64,000 bases of DNA, taken from the NCBI GenBank assembly GCA_964016885.1, contig OZ024755.1:27094001-27158000 (forward strand). Direction: 5' to 3'. A program made the translations under genes and the position numbers. Origin of the DNA: Eledone cirrhosa (taxonomy: Eukaryota). Within the stretch, counting starts at the first letter, position 1, and each line of letters begins with the position of its first letter. Below, piece by piece: positions 38,602 to 51,794 of this stretch. The notes under the pieces are model-generated. The model was given only the letters and a program-made list of their open reading frames with translations, was not told the DNA's origin and did no database searches.

Positions 38602-38667
38602 TATTTTATCTGATGAAAGCGCACCAAAATTTGCCTTGGTTGCCCTTGAAATATATATAATAAAATA
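38602..38667 (+). ncRNA. Minimal type I hammerhead ribozyme motif (copy 2)
   Basis: Stem I tattttat/ataaaata (8 bp). Core CTGATGA at 38610-38616. Stem II AAGcGCACCAA/TTGGtTGCcCTT. GAAA at 38648-38651. ATAT loop III. Predicted cleavage after 38659. Confidence 0.78.
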
Positions 38668-38718
38668 ATTATGGTTTTATAAATATAGTTTCCATTTATT
38701 AATATATATATATATATT

Positions 38719-39222
38719 AGAAAAACCTGGGACGAGCTGATAAACTCCGACCTCACACACTTACACCTCTCCAAGACAATGTCACTGGACCGAGACCTTT
38801 GGCGGTACTCAGTAACAGAGAAGACCCGCCTTACCTAAATACATAGTAAAACCTACTACAGCCAGTAGGCATCTCTAACAAAATACCCCCCCCCCCCCCC
38901 ACCCCATCCACGCCACCCCGTTCTATGTAAAGTTATGTTGGTGCCGCGCCATCCAGGCCGAAACAAATGAGATCGTGTAGGTGTCACGACAAAAAAACAC
39001 ACAGTCCACGCTGTAATGTGGCCGTGTAGGCAACACGGTAAAAACCTCCCAGTCCCACACTGTAAACGTGGTTGGTGTTAGGAAGGGCATCCAGCTGTAG
39101 AAAACCTGCCAGACAGTCCTATGCGAGCAAGACAATCACTCTTGCCTCAAGTGGGACTACCCCCGTCCAAACCCATGCAAGCGTGGAACACGGACGTTAA
39201 ACGTTGATGATGATGATGATGA
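38719..39222 (+). mobile_element. RTE-like LINE 3' end (ORF C-terminus, 3' UTR and (GAT)n tail)
   Basis: 38719-38838 encodes RKTWDELINSDLTHLHLSKTMSLDRDLWRYSVTEKTRLT*, the RTE-type RKTW...DRxxWR C-terminus. It is followed by the UTR that seeds the arrays in this window. Confidence 0.78.
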
Positions 39223-39343
39223 TAACAAAGGAATTGTGGTAAGGAACCAGATGGACCATAACGCACCAGAGTACTCAATGATTAGTGTAGTAGAGTGGGA
39301 AATAGGAAACGGCTTGAGCTCTGCCGTCGGGGTCATACTTTTT

Positions 39344-39348
<5 letters not shown>
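39223..39348 (-). mobile_element. Internally deleted copy of the 17048-17257 element
   Basis: Shares gtggtaaggaaccagatggaccataa and gaaacggcttgagctctgccgtcggggtcatac; the palindrome centre is missing. Confidence 0.8.
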
Positions 39349-39389
<41 letters not shown>

Positions 39390-39744
39390 AAAGAGAGAGA
39401 GAGAGAGAGAGAATGACAAGCAAAGGAACAAATTACATATAATTCATGAATAGAAATTAATTATATGAAATTGCAATTTGCTGCTGCTTCCACAGTCTTT
39501 CCTCCTCCCCCCACCTCCCTGTTATAGTGTCTGGTAGCCGTCTATAACACATAGACTGGATACATGAGGGTCATAGACATTAGAACGTGACCCTCACTCA
39601 TTTAATTACACCATTATTGTCCTATAAAAAAGAAGAAAGGAAAAAAAGTATCCAAAATGTTACCCGGCACAATGTCAACTGACTTGGCTCCAGAAACTAG
39701 CTTTCAGGGGGAAATAACAAAAACATTGTTACTGCATTAATAAT

Positions 39745-39785
39745 AATGATGATGATGATGGTGATGGTGATGGCGGTGATGATGA

Positions 39786-39819
<34 letters not shown>

Positions 39820-39839
39820 GGTGGTGGTGGTGGTGGTGG

Positions 39840-39874
<35 letters not shown>

Positions 39875-40560
39875 GCGGTGATGATGATGATGATGGTGGT
39901 GGTGGTGGCGGTGGTACTAGTGGTGATGGTGATGGTGGTGGTACTAGTGGTGGTGATGGTGGTGGTGGTTTTGATGGTAGTAGCAATGGTGGTGGTGGTA
40001 CTAGTGGTGATGATGATGATGGTGGTGGTGGTGGCGGTGGTACTAGTGGTGGCACTGGTGGTGGTGGTGGTGGTTTTGATGGTAGTAGCAATGGTGGTGG
40101 TGGTGGTGGTGGTGGTACTAGTGGTGATGGTGATGATCGTGGTGGTACTAGTGGTGATGGTGGTTTTGATGGTAGTAGCAATGGTGGTGGTGGTGGTACT
40201 AGTGGTGATGTTGATGATGGTGGTGGTGGTGGTTTTGATGGTAGTAGCGCAGGTGATAATGATAATGATGATGATGATAGCATTGATGGTGATACTGATG
40301 GTGATACTGATGATGGCAATGATTTGGATGGTAGGAGCACTGCTGATGATGATGGTGGTGGTGATGATGATAATGTCAGTGATGGGGATACTGATGGTGA
40401 TAATTAGGATGGCAGAATCACTGCTGGTGATGATAGCGATGATGATAATGATGTTGATAATGATGATGATGATAGCAGCTCTGGAAATGGTTATGATGAT
40501 GGGGGCAGTGATGGTGTGTGTGTGTGACAGTGATACAGATGTTAATGGTGGTGATGAAAA
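39745..40560. repeat. GAT/GGT trinucleotide tract
   Basis: Direct inspection. Confidence 0.95.
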
Positions 40561-40872
40561 TAATGTATAATTACTTTCTCATGCTGGCATGAGCTGCCTA
40601 AGACCTTTTTTCATGCAGTGTTTTATGGCTGGATACTAATTCTTTGATCATAGGTTTGCTCCTCAATCAGACCTGACCTGGGGCTAAACAACAATAATTA
40701 CACTTAGGTCTTTTCAAATGAAACAATTGTTACTGATTGTAGCCATTTCTATGTTATATACTGCATTGGATTTCTAATGTCATAGTTATGATGACCTAAA
40801 TGGTTTTGCTTTCAGTTGCTTCTTGTGATGTGCAGCTAGTGTCGGATTTGGACAAATGAGGCCCTGTGCTAG

Positions 40873-41084
40873 TTAACCCGTTAGCATTCACCTTACTCTA
40901 TATTTACTATTGTATTTTCACAGTAAAGGCTTTACCTTACATCATTATCTCACATAATATTGAATCTACGAGATTTTGATGTCACTTATTTTGAGAACAA
41001 TACCTTATTATAGGTATGAGCATCCAGTTATGACTGGTTTGAACAGAAAGAGGTGAGAGAATTCTGGCCAGATATGGCCCGTTT
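40873..41084. mobile_element. piggyBac-type MITE, truncated
   Basis: Degenerate left TIR and family body. Confidence 0.7.
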
Positions 41085-41223
41085 CATCATGAAAAAATTT
41101 GAGGGTTTGGAAGATGGGACCCTTCTGGATAACGGGGCCCTGTGCTTAAGCAGACCTAAGCACAATGGTAAATCTAGCCACTGGCCACTGGTTACATATT
41201 TCAGTGCATTATATAGTAAAAAA

Positions 41224-41411
41224 CGGTGGATTGGCAGTATCGGTAGCAGGTCGGACACCATGCTTTGCAGCATAGAGTTACGGCCCTTTACAATCTGAGT
41301 TCAAATCCCGCCCAAGTTAACTTTGCCTTTCATTCTTACAGGGTCGATAAAATAAAGTACCAGTAATATACTGGGATAATTGCTGGCCTTGTGCCAAAAG
41401 TGGAAACAATT
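41224..41411 (+). mobile_element. SINE family A
   Basis: A and B boxes and family body. Confidence 0.8.
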
Positions 41412-41536
41412 ATATATTAGAAGAGCAAACATAGATGGGCTGGCCACATGTCATTTCAGAGACAACAGGTGGACTATTAGTGACATAGGGGACACAGAGG
41501 CAGTGGAGCAGAAAAAAAAGGGCAGCCAAAGGCCAT

Positions 41537-42142
41537 ATCATCACCACCAACACAACCACCATCACCATCATCACTACCATCACCACAACCACCAATACCA
41601 ACACCACCACCACTACGACCGCCACTCACAACCACTACCACCACAACCACCATTACCACCACTACAACCACCAATACCAACACCACCACCACTACGACCG
41701 CCACTATCACCACCACCACCACCACCACTATGACCGCCACTATCACCACCACCATCACAACCACTACCACCACTATCACCACCACAACCAGCACCATCAC
41801 AACCACCATCACCACCATCATCACAACCACTACCACCACCTCCCCTACCACCACCACCACAACAACAAAAAACACCACAACCACCATCATCACCACCAAC
41901 ACCACAACAAAAACCACCACCACCAACTCCACTATCATCATCACAACCACCACCATCACCACTACCATCATCACCACCACAACAAAAACCACCACCACTA
42001 CCATCATCACCACCTCCACTACCATCACCACCACAAACACGACCACCACCATCACCATCACCATCACCACCGCCACTACCATCATCACCATCACCACAAT
42101 TATTGCCCTTGTCACTGCCATCAAAAATATCATCATCATCAC
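41537..42142. repeat. CAC/CAT/CAA trinucleotide tract
   Basis: Direct inspection. Confidence 0.95.
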
Positions 42143-43026
42143 GGAGTACATAAAAATATTTTTAATTTCATTAAAGACAACGTTTCCGCCATAATATTCT
42201 TATATAAACATTCTCCATTCATAGCCACTCGATTACACTCCCCCCCCCCTCTCCCTCTCCCTGTCTCTCTCTCTCTCCGTCTCTCTCGCTCTCTCTCTCT
42301 CTCTCTCTCGCTCTCTCGCTCTCTCTCTCTCTCTCTCTCCCCCCTCTCTCGCTCTCTCTCTCCCCCCTCTCCATATCCCCCCTCTCTCGCTCTCTCTCTC
42401 ATATACAAACAAACAAACATATTTCCATTTAAAAATAATGTTTCAAGTTTCTTCTAAAACAAGGATGTTATAATTTAAATTAATATGTATATATATGTAT
42501 GTATTTGTGTGTATGTATGTATGTATGTATGTATGATGTATGTATGTATGTGTATATGTGTGTATGTATGTGTATTGTATATCAGTATTTGTTGTATACA
42601 TACTTATGTGTATTTACTCATTCATTTACTCATTCATAATTGAGAAAGCCTTTACCCTAACATTTCTGAATCTTTTTTACTTAAGGGAGTTTCTATTTGT
42701 AGTAACGTAGCATTCGCAGAATTTTCCTAAGAAAGCAAATAATTGTTCGTGGAAACCACCACCGCATATTCACGGAATCAGAAATATCTTCTGCGATTTT
42801 TATTTTTTGGCTTTTTTCATGGCAATATATGTTTTTTTAATGGTAAATTATTAATAACAGTATAAGACACCCTTTTTTTTTTAATTATATTTTACATATT
42901 TTGAAGTTTATAAGAATTTTTATGGACCACATCCAATATTCGTGGTTTTTCACTCTTTAAAAAAAAAAAACTTTATTTGTGTTATTATAAATTTAATTTA
43001 TATGTTTTTTTGTTGTTTATTTGCAG

Positions 43027-43150
43027 GTATTTGACAGTGCCCCATCCAGTGAAATGACTGAGAAATTTGGGGATGTATTGCAGTTCTGTAGCCAAGTTGC
43101 AAAACTTATGGTTACTGAGATACGAAGGAGGGCATCTAATCAATCTACAG
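43027..43150 (+). CDS. WDFY3: WDFY3 coding exon (VFDSAPSSEMTEKFGDVLQFCSQVAKLMVTEIRRRASNQST)
   Basis: tttgcag acceptor and gtgagg donor; 124 nt; phase 0 to 1. Confidence 0.93.
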
Positions 43151-44437
43151 GTGAGGAATATAGCATTGGTTTTATTAACTCTTAACATCCTGTACCATAT
43201 GCAGCCACATTAGCAAGACGGCCTTGAAAAGTATAAAACAGCTCATTGATTACATCACATTAAAAATTTAATGTCTTTACTTTAGTTTACAACAAATGTT
43301 CTCAACAATTGTCCATTAGTAAAGATATTATAAACATTTGAATTAACAAGCTTCTTTCAAGATGTTTTTTGCTAAATAATTTCAGGATGTTAAGAGTTAA
43401 TAATCTAATCTTCATTGAGTGTGGGAAACAAAACATATTGATATTTTATAAAATATTTATCCCTGAATCCCCCCACCCCATCCCTTGCACAATCATGCCA
43501 ACATGGAAAGCCGGACACACCCCACAGTACCACCAGATATCATTTATTTTTCCCTGAGGCTACTCCTGCCTCTATGGAGTGGTAACAGGTAACCTAAGCC
43601 CCACTTTAACTCCCACCCCACTTCTTATCACTATGTTCCCAGCCTGACCAAGGTTACAAGTGCCCTAGTGTTGAAATATGATAGTACTGGTTCCACAATA
43701 AAATGTGCCCAGCCCACACTGAAATATGGAAATATATGTTTTTTTAATGATAAAAGGCACCCAACTTACTTCTAATGGGACAACCCACGTTAACGTGGAA
43801 AATGGACATTAAATGATGATGATGATATATACATGATCTTTATACAATACTTAAGAAATACGTTTGCTCATTAAGTTTAATGCTGCGACCATGGCTTGAA
43901 CTCAGAGAGAGGACAAACCACTGTGTCTATGCAATAACTAGGCAAATTCAGAATGACTACTCTCATGAGAAATTTTCTCTTTGAAGCTGCTGTTAGCTAA
44001 AGCACTGTTAAAGTATGAGGCTACCTCAGAGTGGAAAGTCTTTTACCTTTATTAGTAACTAGGTTTTTGAAATCTATTGGGAGGTTGCAAGACTTTATTT
44101 ATATAATTTACTTTTTCATTTGGTGTATAGTAAGGTTTGTATGTCTTTGATTCCAATATAGTGGCTGTTGTTTTTATTTATTTATTTTTTATTCATATCC
44201 TTTTAGAAACCAAGCCCCAAATGGTACATATGAGCAAGCCATGATCACCTAAATTGTCTAGCCTTAGAATGTGACAACCCATCTAACCCATGTAAGCATG
44301 GAAAACAGATGTGGAATAGTGATGACGATAATGATGATGTAGTTCAGTGATTAAATATAGTTTTCTTTTTAGCTTGCTGACAGCTTGAAAGTATAATTTT
44401 TGAAATTAATTCCATGTATACATTATCTTTATTACAG

Positions 44438-44712
44438 AAGCTGCAAGCTGTGCTATTGTAAACTTCCTGGAGGTGGAATCAAGCCAAGAGAACAATCGTG
44501 GCTGGATCTTATTGCAGACCTTAAACTTGCTTTCGACTGGTTCACAAGCTCTTGTTGACTGTATGACCGCCGCTGCTTTGCCCTCAACCCTGGTCAAATG
44601 TCTCTACTTGTTCTTTGATTTACCCAATGTGCCCTGCACAGATCTTTTAGTTGATGGTTGTCAATTTACACCGAAGGAGCGCCGTATTTTATTACAGAAA
44701 GTTTTCGTCCAA
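44438..44712 (+). CDS. WDFY3: WDFY3 coding exon (EAASCAIVNFLEV...RRILLQKVFVQ)
   Basis: attacag acceptor and gtaagt donor; 275 nt; overlaps ORF 44473..44724. Confidence 0.95.
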
Positions 44713-44937
44713 GTAAGTACTTAAGTGTGGATTGTTTACTCTTTTATAGGTTCCAGTTATTGAACTGTGAACATGATGGGTACAGTCCTTGTTGATTTTA
44801 ATGATCTGAATTCTTCACTAGTACTTATTTTTTATTGATTTAGAAAGAATGAGAGTTGAAGTTGATCTAAGTGGGTTTCTGAACAAAGAATATAAAGACA
44901 GGTAACCAAATACTGCAACATTACTGATTTTGCTATA

Positions 44938-45157
44938 TCCACTGTAAAGTAGTCGGGTAGGTGACATGACAAAAAGCACCCAGTCCGCACTGTAAAGTGG
45001 TTGGTGTTAGGAAGGGCATCCAGTTGTAGAAAACCTGCCAGAAACAGTTCTGTACAAGCAAGACACGGTCACCCGACCAATCTCGCCTCAAGCGGGACAA
45101 ACCATCCAACCCATGCTAGCGTGGAAGATGGACATTAAACGATGATGATGATGATGA
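44938..45157 (+). mobile_element. RTE-like LINE 3' UTR copy
   Basis: gttaggaagggcatccag motif and (GAT)n tail. Confidence 0.72.
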
Positions 45158-45490
45158 CTACTTTAAGGTTTAGTAAAAACTTAGTTTAATGCCAGTTTAC
45201 CATGCTGTTCTTCATCATCTCGTCTCTCACACCTGACATTGTCAGGTCTTACCTCACATCTTCATTTTAAATCTTCTTCAGTCTACTTTTACTGTTGTTA
45301 CATGCCATCATCAATTGATGACACATTTCTTTCCAACATATATTGTCCATTCTCATGAATATATATCCATACAAATGTATCCATCTTTCCTGTGACTTAA
45401 CTTGTACTTCCATCTTTTCCATAAGTCAACTCAAAGTATCTAACAGAACAGAACACAGCCACAAATATTTGGTTTAATTTAGTTTTCTCG

Positions 45491-45740
45491 CATAGCCACA
45501 TGTGATATGCCATCCCTCAATACACTTTATCTCACATAGCCTTATGTGATATGCCATCCCTCAATACACTTTATCTCACATAGCCATATCTGATATGCCA
45601 TCCCTCTATACACTTTTTCCACATAGCCATAACTATCACACTATCTCTCAATATACTTTATTTCACATAGCCATATCTATATATACATAGCCATATCTAT
45701 ATATACATAGCTATATCTTTATTTCACATAGCCATATCTC
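45491..45740. repeat. Degenerating 44-bp tandem repeat
   Basis: catagcc recurs at 45491, 45535 and 45579, then in shorter variants. Confidence 0.75.
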
Positions 45741-46739
45741 CTACTGACACATGAACTCTTGAAACACACATTAATTCTTTCTTAACTCTAAAGCCAGTTT
45801 TTACTGTCTCTACTCTCATTGGAGCATATGATCATTGTATAATCAAGGCAATCAATTGCATATCATCCTATTACTAACAAACAAACCCTGTAATCATACG
45901 GCCCTTTACTTCTTTAAATCAGCTAATTTGTTAAATCTGTGCCAGTTTTATGCTGTAGATATATTTCCTCTCTGACTCATAAGAAACAGCTAACCTGATG
46001 GCGGAAATTATTCTTTTAGTTGTGTCCTTCAAGATATTTCACACAACCAAAGTGGTTTACTTTCAGTTTCATAACTGAAGTTCAAGCTGAATATCATCGA
46101 ATATATTGATCTCAGCTACCTATTAAGACCTACAAAGGCTGTGTGTGCTAGCCTGAATTCTCTCACAAAATAATATGATGATTTATTCTGTTTGTTACTA
46201 GATGTAATAAAAAACAAAACAAAAACTCTACAGTGTCTTTATTCAGCTCTAGATTGTCAACTCATTGAGGGAGCTTGTTTGTGGTAATTCAACTTGTTAG
46301 AGATAGTTGCCAAATCTTCTTCAGATCACATCATAAAAATAACTGGACTTCCATCAGTTTCAGCAATGAATGTTCAGTTGTTTGATAGCTGTGTGGTTAA
46401 TAAGTTTTCTTCAAAATTATATGGTTCTGAGTTTAATCCCACTGCATGACATATTGTACAAGTGTCTTCTACCATAGTCCTGGGTTGGCCAATAACTTGT
46501 GACTGGAATTTGCTAGGCAGAGACAGTGTTGAAGCCTGTCACATTTTTTGCTGATGTATATTGGCAAAAGATGTAAACATCAGGTAAAAAACAGTGCTCT
46601 AGAAATGAAGTCCTTTGCAAGAACAAAGTCTTCTACACTGAGTTATAGACACTTCCTTGTTACTCTTGTCATCAGAAATACAAGTAAAAAGTGGTTTGGT
46701 CATTAGAAATTATAACCAATGATGTTATTGTCATTACCC

Positions 46740-47150
46740 AAGATTGAATACGATCGCGAATACAAGCGGCCAAAATGGGGTTCCTCCAAAGAGTCTTTTT
46801 AGTAATGTTAATCGATAAACTCTGTAGCTTAGAGATCAGAGAGTCAGTCCAGATAGAACTGCTACTTCTCCAAATTAAGAGATCACAGCTCTGATACTAT
46901 GGCAATGTGGTTAGAATGTATCAGGAAAGAATTGCTGGACAGATTTTAAAGGTGAAACCAACAGGCAGGAGACCCAGGAGTAGACCCCGAGCAAGATGGT
47001 TGGATAACATCCATGAGCTTGGCTGATCACGCTTGGGGATCCAGCCGGATCAGTAGGAGACGGTTGCTTCTGACAGGGCCTGCTGGAAGGAGTGTTTGAG
47101 GAATTTGCCCCCACGACCCTCAGGAATAAATGGGTGAAGAAAAGATGATG
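46740..47150 (+). mobile_element. RTE-like LINE 3' end, second family
   Basis: KRSQL*YYGNVVRMYQERIAGQILKVKPTGRRPRSRPRARWLDNIHELG. Confidence 0.72.
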
Positions 47151-47471
47151 TTATTGTTTACAAATTTTGATATGAAAAATGCATAAATAACTTATATATT
47201 TCTGGCAATATTATACCATGACCCTCCCCAAATATAGAATAAATAACTGGGTCACCTCTCTCTTTTATATATCAAGGAAGATGGAACGTGCTTATAACCA
47301 TTCCACTCCTCAAACAATCGAGGTGAATATGGTTGATGTTTTAACTTGAAATTTTGTAAGCTGATGCTTGTATGTTACAAAATGTGAAGAGAGGAAGTTT
47401 GAGAGGGCTGTGGTGTATGGAGACATAGGATTATTTACTTCATATAGTCATTGTAACTGTTCTGATTGCAG

Positions 47472-47664
47472 CTACTTGTTCGACTGTGCAGCCATGTTTC
47501 CCCTGCTGAAGAACTGGCAAGGAAAGATGACCTGAGTTTGTTATTTAATGCTATCACCTCATGGTGTCACCTACACAGCATTCCTTGGCGTAAGAGTGCT
47601 GGTGAAATTCTGGTAACACTTTCGCGACATGGACTGACACCAGCAGTTGTCAAATATATTCATG
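47472..47664 (+). CDS. WDFY3: WDFY3 coding exon (LLVRLCSHVSPAEELARKDDL...VVKYIH)
   Basis: ttgcag acceptor and gtaaat donor; 193 nt. Confidence 0.95.
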
Positions 47665-48024
47665 GTAAATGTATTCACAATTTCATAATACTCATACAGC
47701 CCAATTATTTTTATATAATGTCAATGGCTTTTCATACCATTGAGAGATTTTGTATATTGAATAAATAAACAAACCTTTCTTCATCCATTAAAAGAAAACT
47801 TATAAAGTCAGTTTTTTTGCTCAGTGTTTAATGAGCTTCAATTGTGTTTCAAAAGAGTATTTTTTGTTGATATTTTATTTTTAATATATTGATAGAAAAT
47901 AAAAATATATATATGTATATATATATATTAAAAAATTCTATAAATGTTAAGAGAAATTACTGTGGATTAGAGAATAATATTTGTGTTCATTTATATGGAA
48001 AAAGCTGTAAGTATGGATAAAAGT

Positions 48025-48253
48025 TTAACCCTTTAGCATTTACATTACTCTATGTTTACTATTATATTCTCATGATAAAGGCTTTACCTCGCATAATTAT
48101 CTCACATAATATCAAATCTATGAGATTTTGATATTATTTATTTTGAGAACAATACCTTAATGTCAGTATGAGCAGCTGGTTACAGTTGGTTTGAACTGAA
48201 AGAGGTGAGAGAATTCTGGCCAAATACGGCCAGTTTAAATGATAAAGGGTTAA
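48025..48253. mobile_element. piggyBac-type MITE
   Basis: Family TIRs and body. Confidence 0.78.
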
Positions 48254-48934
48254 TGGTTCTGCAGAGTGGTATTATATTATTTAAAATGTGTGAAACAACA
48301 CAGCTAAGCAAAATGTGTTGTTATAATCAGCTTTGCAGCATGGCTTAGTAGAATGATATTGAATAAGTTAACTGTGGGATAATGCAAGGATGGATGGATG
48401 AAAGTAATAAAAGATTGATAAATATTACTCAATATGATATAAGTGATAAAGAATGATAAGTTATATGATACTTTACTTCTCTTAGCAAAGAGGTATCAAA
48501 GAGCTTAGCAGTAATATCTTTAGTTTGGTTCCATGCTCTACTGCATATTGAGATGTTCTTTGGTGGTTCTAGCAGTATATCAGTTTGTGTTTGTTTTTTT
48601 TTCCCGAGAAGAGATTGTGTTTCTATAGAAAGGAACACTCTTGGTGGTCTCTGAGAGAGTGTGTATGGGTGTAAGAAAGAGAGAGAGAGTGTGTATGTGT
48701 GAGAGTGAGAGAGAGTGTGTATGTGTGAGAGTGAGAGAGTGTGTATGTGTGAGTGAGAGGGTATGTGTGTGAGAGAGAGAGAGTATGTGTGTATGTGTGT
48801 GAGAGAAGAGAGTCAGTTAGTCAGTCAACTCTTGAACCTGATTGGTAGTTTATGTATTGACCTTGGAAGAATGAAAGGCAAAGTTGACTTCAGCAGGATT
48901 TGAACAATTTTACAATTTTACCAATTCTCCACCT

Positions 48935-49532
48935 TTAACCCTTTAGTATTTAAACCGGCCATATCCGACCAGAATTCTCTCACCTCTTTCTGTTCAAACC
49001 GGCTGTAACTGGCCACTCATATTGATGTTAAGATATTGTTCTCAAAATAAAGAATATCAAAATCTCATAGATTCGATATTATGTGAGACAGAGCCTTTAC
49101 TGAAAATATTTGAACTCAGAACATAAAGAACTGTAACTCTATGCCATAAAGCATATTGTCCGATGCTTCTACTAGCCAAATCTATCCAGAATTCTCTCCT
49201 CACTTTCCGTTATATATGCTATTGTATTTTTATGGTAAAGACTTTATCTTACATAATTATCTCACATAATATTAAATCTACGAGATTTTGATGTTATTTA
49301 TTTTGAGAACAATACCTTAACGTCAATATGAGTGGCCAGTTACAGCCGGTTTGAACAGAAAAAGGTGAGAGAATTTTGGTTGGATACAGGTGGTTTAAAT
49401 GCTAAAGGGTTAAAGTATTATTCTCAAAATAAATAATATCAAAATCTCATAAATTTGATATTATGTGAGATAAAGCCTTTTTTGTGAAAATACAATAGTA
49501 AATATAGAGCCATGTAAATGGTAAAGGGTTAA
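48935..49532. mobile_element. Cluster of nested or rearranged piggyBac-type MITE copies in both orientations
   Basis: TIR ends at 48935, 49413 and 49532, with intervening SINE fragments. Confidence 0.72.
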
Positions 49533-49608
49533 TAATAATAACCTAGTATCTGGTATATTTATTGCAGTCAATTCATCTTTGATTCCTTTTGTGTGTCCTT
49601 TCCTCTAG

Positions 49609-49795
49609 AAAAAGGTTGTGTCCGTCATTGTATTGAAAACATGCAGCAGGCTCAAGACTTGCGTCCTATTGAAATGGTTGAAATGGTTGTCACTGTTTTC
49701 TGTTTCCTCAAAGACTCCAGTGAAGTATCTCATACGTTACTGGATGACTTTCGTTCAAACCAAGGCTATATTTTCCTCTCCGAATTCCTTCTGAA
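49609..49795 (+). CDS. WDFY3: WDFY3 coding exon (EKGCVRHCIENMQQ...FLKDSSEVSHTLLDDFRSNQGYIFLSEFLL)
   Basis: ctctag acceptor and gtaagt donor; 187 nt. Confidence 0.95.
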
Positions 49796-50219
49796 GTAAG
49801 TATGTTCTTTCTTTACTTTTTTTTGCAGGTGAAGTGTGATTTTTTTTTTTTTTAAATGTATACAAAATGTCATCTCGAAAATTCGGGTTAAAGCACCAGT
49901 GTATTAGAATTTATAGAATAATGAGAAACACAATGCAAAGAAAACTGCCAAAACAGTAAAATGTCATCAATGACAACGTTGGGTAAAATATTACTTCAAA
50001 GGACAGGAATAAATAGCTAGAAGTGTGTTGGACCGGAGAAGTGGTAGAGAGGAGCAGAGAGAGAAGATGGAAAATTGGAAATAAAGGAGACAAAAACTCA
50101 CAATTTCATATGTCATCAGCCCTTGTACCGGCATGCAGTTTTACATGATTTAAAAATAAATATTATTTGATTAAATAATATAATTTAATTTACAATTATT
50201 TTGTAAACCCAAGATTGGA

Positions 50220-50565
50220 TTAATGTGACTCGATAAAGTGCGTAGCTCAGAGATCAACGAGTCACTCAAGGTAGAGTCGCTACTTCTCCAAATTGAGAGA
50301 TCATGGCTCCGATACTATGGACATGTGGTTAGAATGTATCAGGAAAGAATCACTGGACAGATTTTAAAGGCAAAACCAACAGGTAGGAGATCCAGGGGTA
50401 GACCCTGAGCAAGATGGTTGGATAACATCTATGAGCTTGGCTGGTCTCGCTTGGGGATCCAGCCGGATCAGTTGGAGACGGTTGCTTCTGACAGGACCTG
50501 CTGGGAAGAGTGTTTGAGGACTGTGCCCCCAGAACTCTCTGAGTGGGCAAAGAGGAGAAGAAGAA
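50220..50565 (+). mobile_element. RTE-like LINE 3' end, second family
   Basis: LRYYGHVVRMYQERITGQILKAKPTGRRSRGRP*ARWLDNIYELGW...ASDRTCW; (GAA)n tail. Confidence 0.75.
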
Positions 50566-51287
50566 TTATTTTGTTATTTTCCTTAGTAAAAGGATTATAA
50601 AATTATTATTTAAAAGAATCAAAGACTCGGTTTTCAGTAACATGGAGTGGAGTTTCATGTTTTTACCATTTCCATCTTACATCAAAATAAAATAATATTA
50701 AGTGTATTGAACAGATTGAAGTAGATTTGCATTGCTGAAGACTAGATCTTTAATGATTTTACTTATGTCACATTCCAGGTCATGTGTGATGTTAACTGAT
50801 TGAATAATTGTTTCAAACAGTTGGCACTTCTCACTATTTCATAATTGGGATTTCTAATGTATGAGAATGGTCAGAAAATTGGTTTGATTTTACTTAAACT
50901 TCCAATTAATCTCATTTTCAAGGGGTTAATTAGCAGTTTAAGTAAAGTAAATTAACATCAATGGACTATTCAAAAACTGGGTTGTGTACATTACTATAGT
51001 AATTGCATAGTCATAGCTCTTTAGTTAAGAGGTTTGTTTAGCAATCATGTGTACTCGGTTCTCTCCTTCTATGCAGCTCTTTTGGTAACTGTTTTTCATA
51101 TACCATAGCATTCTGTTAGCACACCATAAGTCTACATAGTCAGACATACTGACGTAGCTATAATAAGATGGAGATGACTGAAAGACATTAGAAATGTTGT
51201 TATTTCTTATGAAATAGAGTTAGTCTATTTATTTCTTTTATTGATTTCTATTTATTTAGTTCTTCATTTATTTACTTTCTGTTTCAG

Positions 51288-51454
51288 ATTGGAGTTAAGT
51301 CCTGGTGAAGACAGCCAACAAGCTCTCCGAAACCTTGTACTACTTGTTGGATCTTTGACCACATGTGGTTTTGTTGAGTTAAAACCTGGTCAAGCCAGCA
51401 CTGGTTCTCTGTTTAATATGCCAGGATTCACTGTTCCACAGGCCACTGGGAAAG
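51288..51454 (+). CDS. WDFY3: WDFY3 coding exon (LELSPGEDSQQALRNLV...PGFTVPQATGK)
   Basis: tttcag acceptor and gtatga donor; 167 nt. Confidence 0.94.
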
Positions 51455-51794
51455 GTATGATCAACTCCATTACTTTATTATCTAATCTATATATAAATTT
51501 GAGTGATTTCTGTCCGTCCGTCACACAATGAGTAAAAGGAAGAAAGGGGATGGTGAAAAAGCTATAGCAAAACAGCGGCTGGCATTTCATTTGCTACACT
51601 GTGTATGAGTCTGTTTGTGTAAATATGTGTGTTTGTGTGAATGTGTATTTTGGTAAGTGTGTCTGTGTTTGCATGTTTATATTTATATACTCATAAATGT
51701 ATGCATATGCACATCCACACATTTACACACCTATACACACATACAGATCAGCATGTTAAAAAAAGTTCTATTGGTATAAACATAAGGAAGGCAG

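Noticed and set aside
50100-50122. Minus-strand CTGATGA-catat-GAAA resembling a hammerhead core
   Set aside because: No stem I or stem III pairing can be formed; a chance match.
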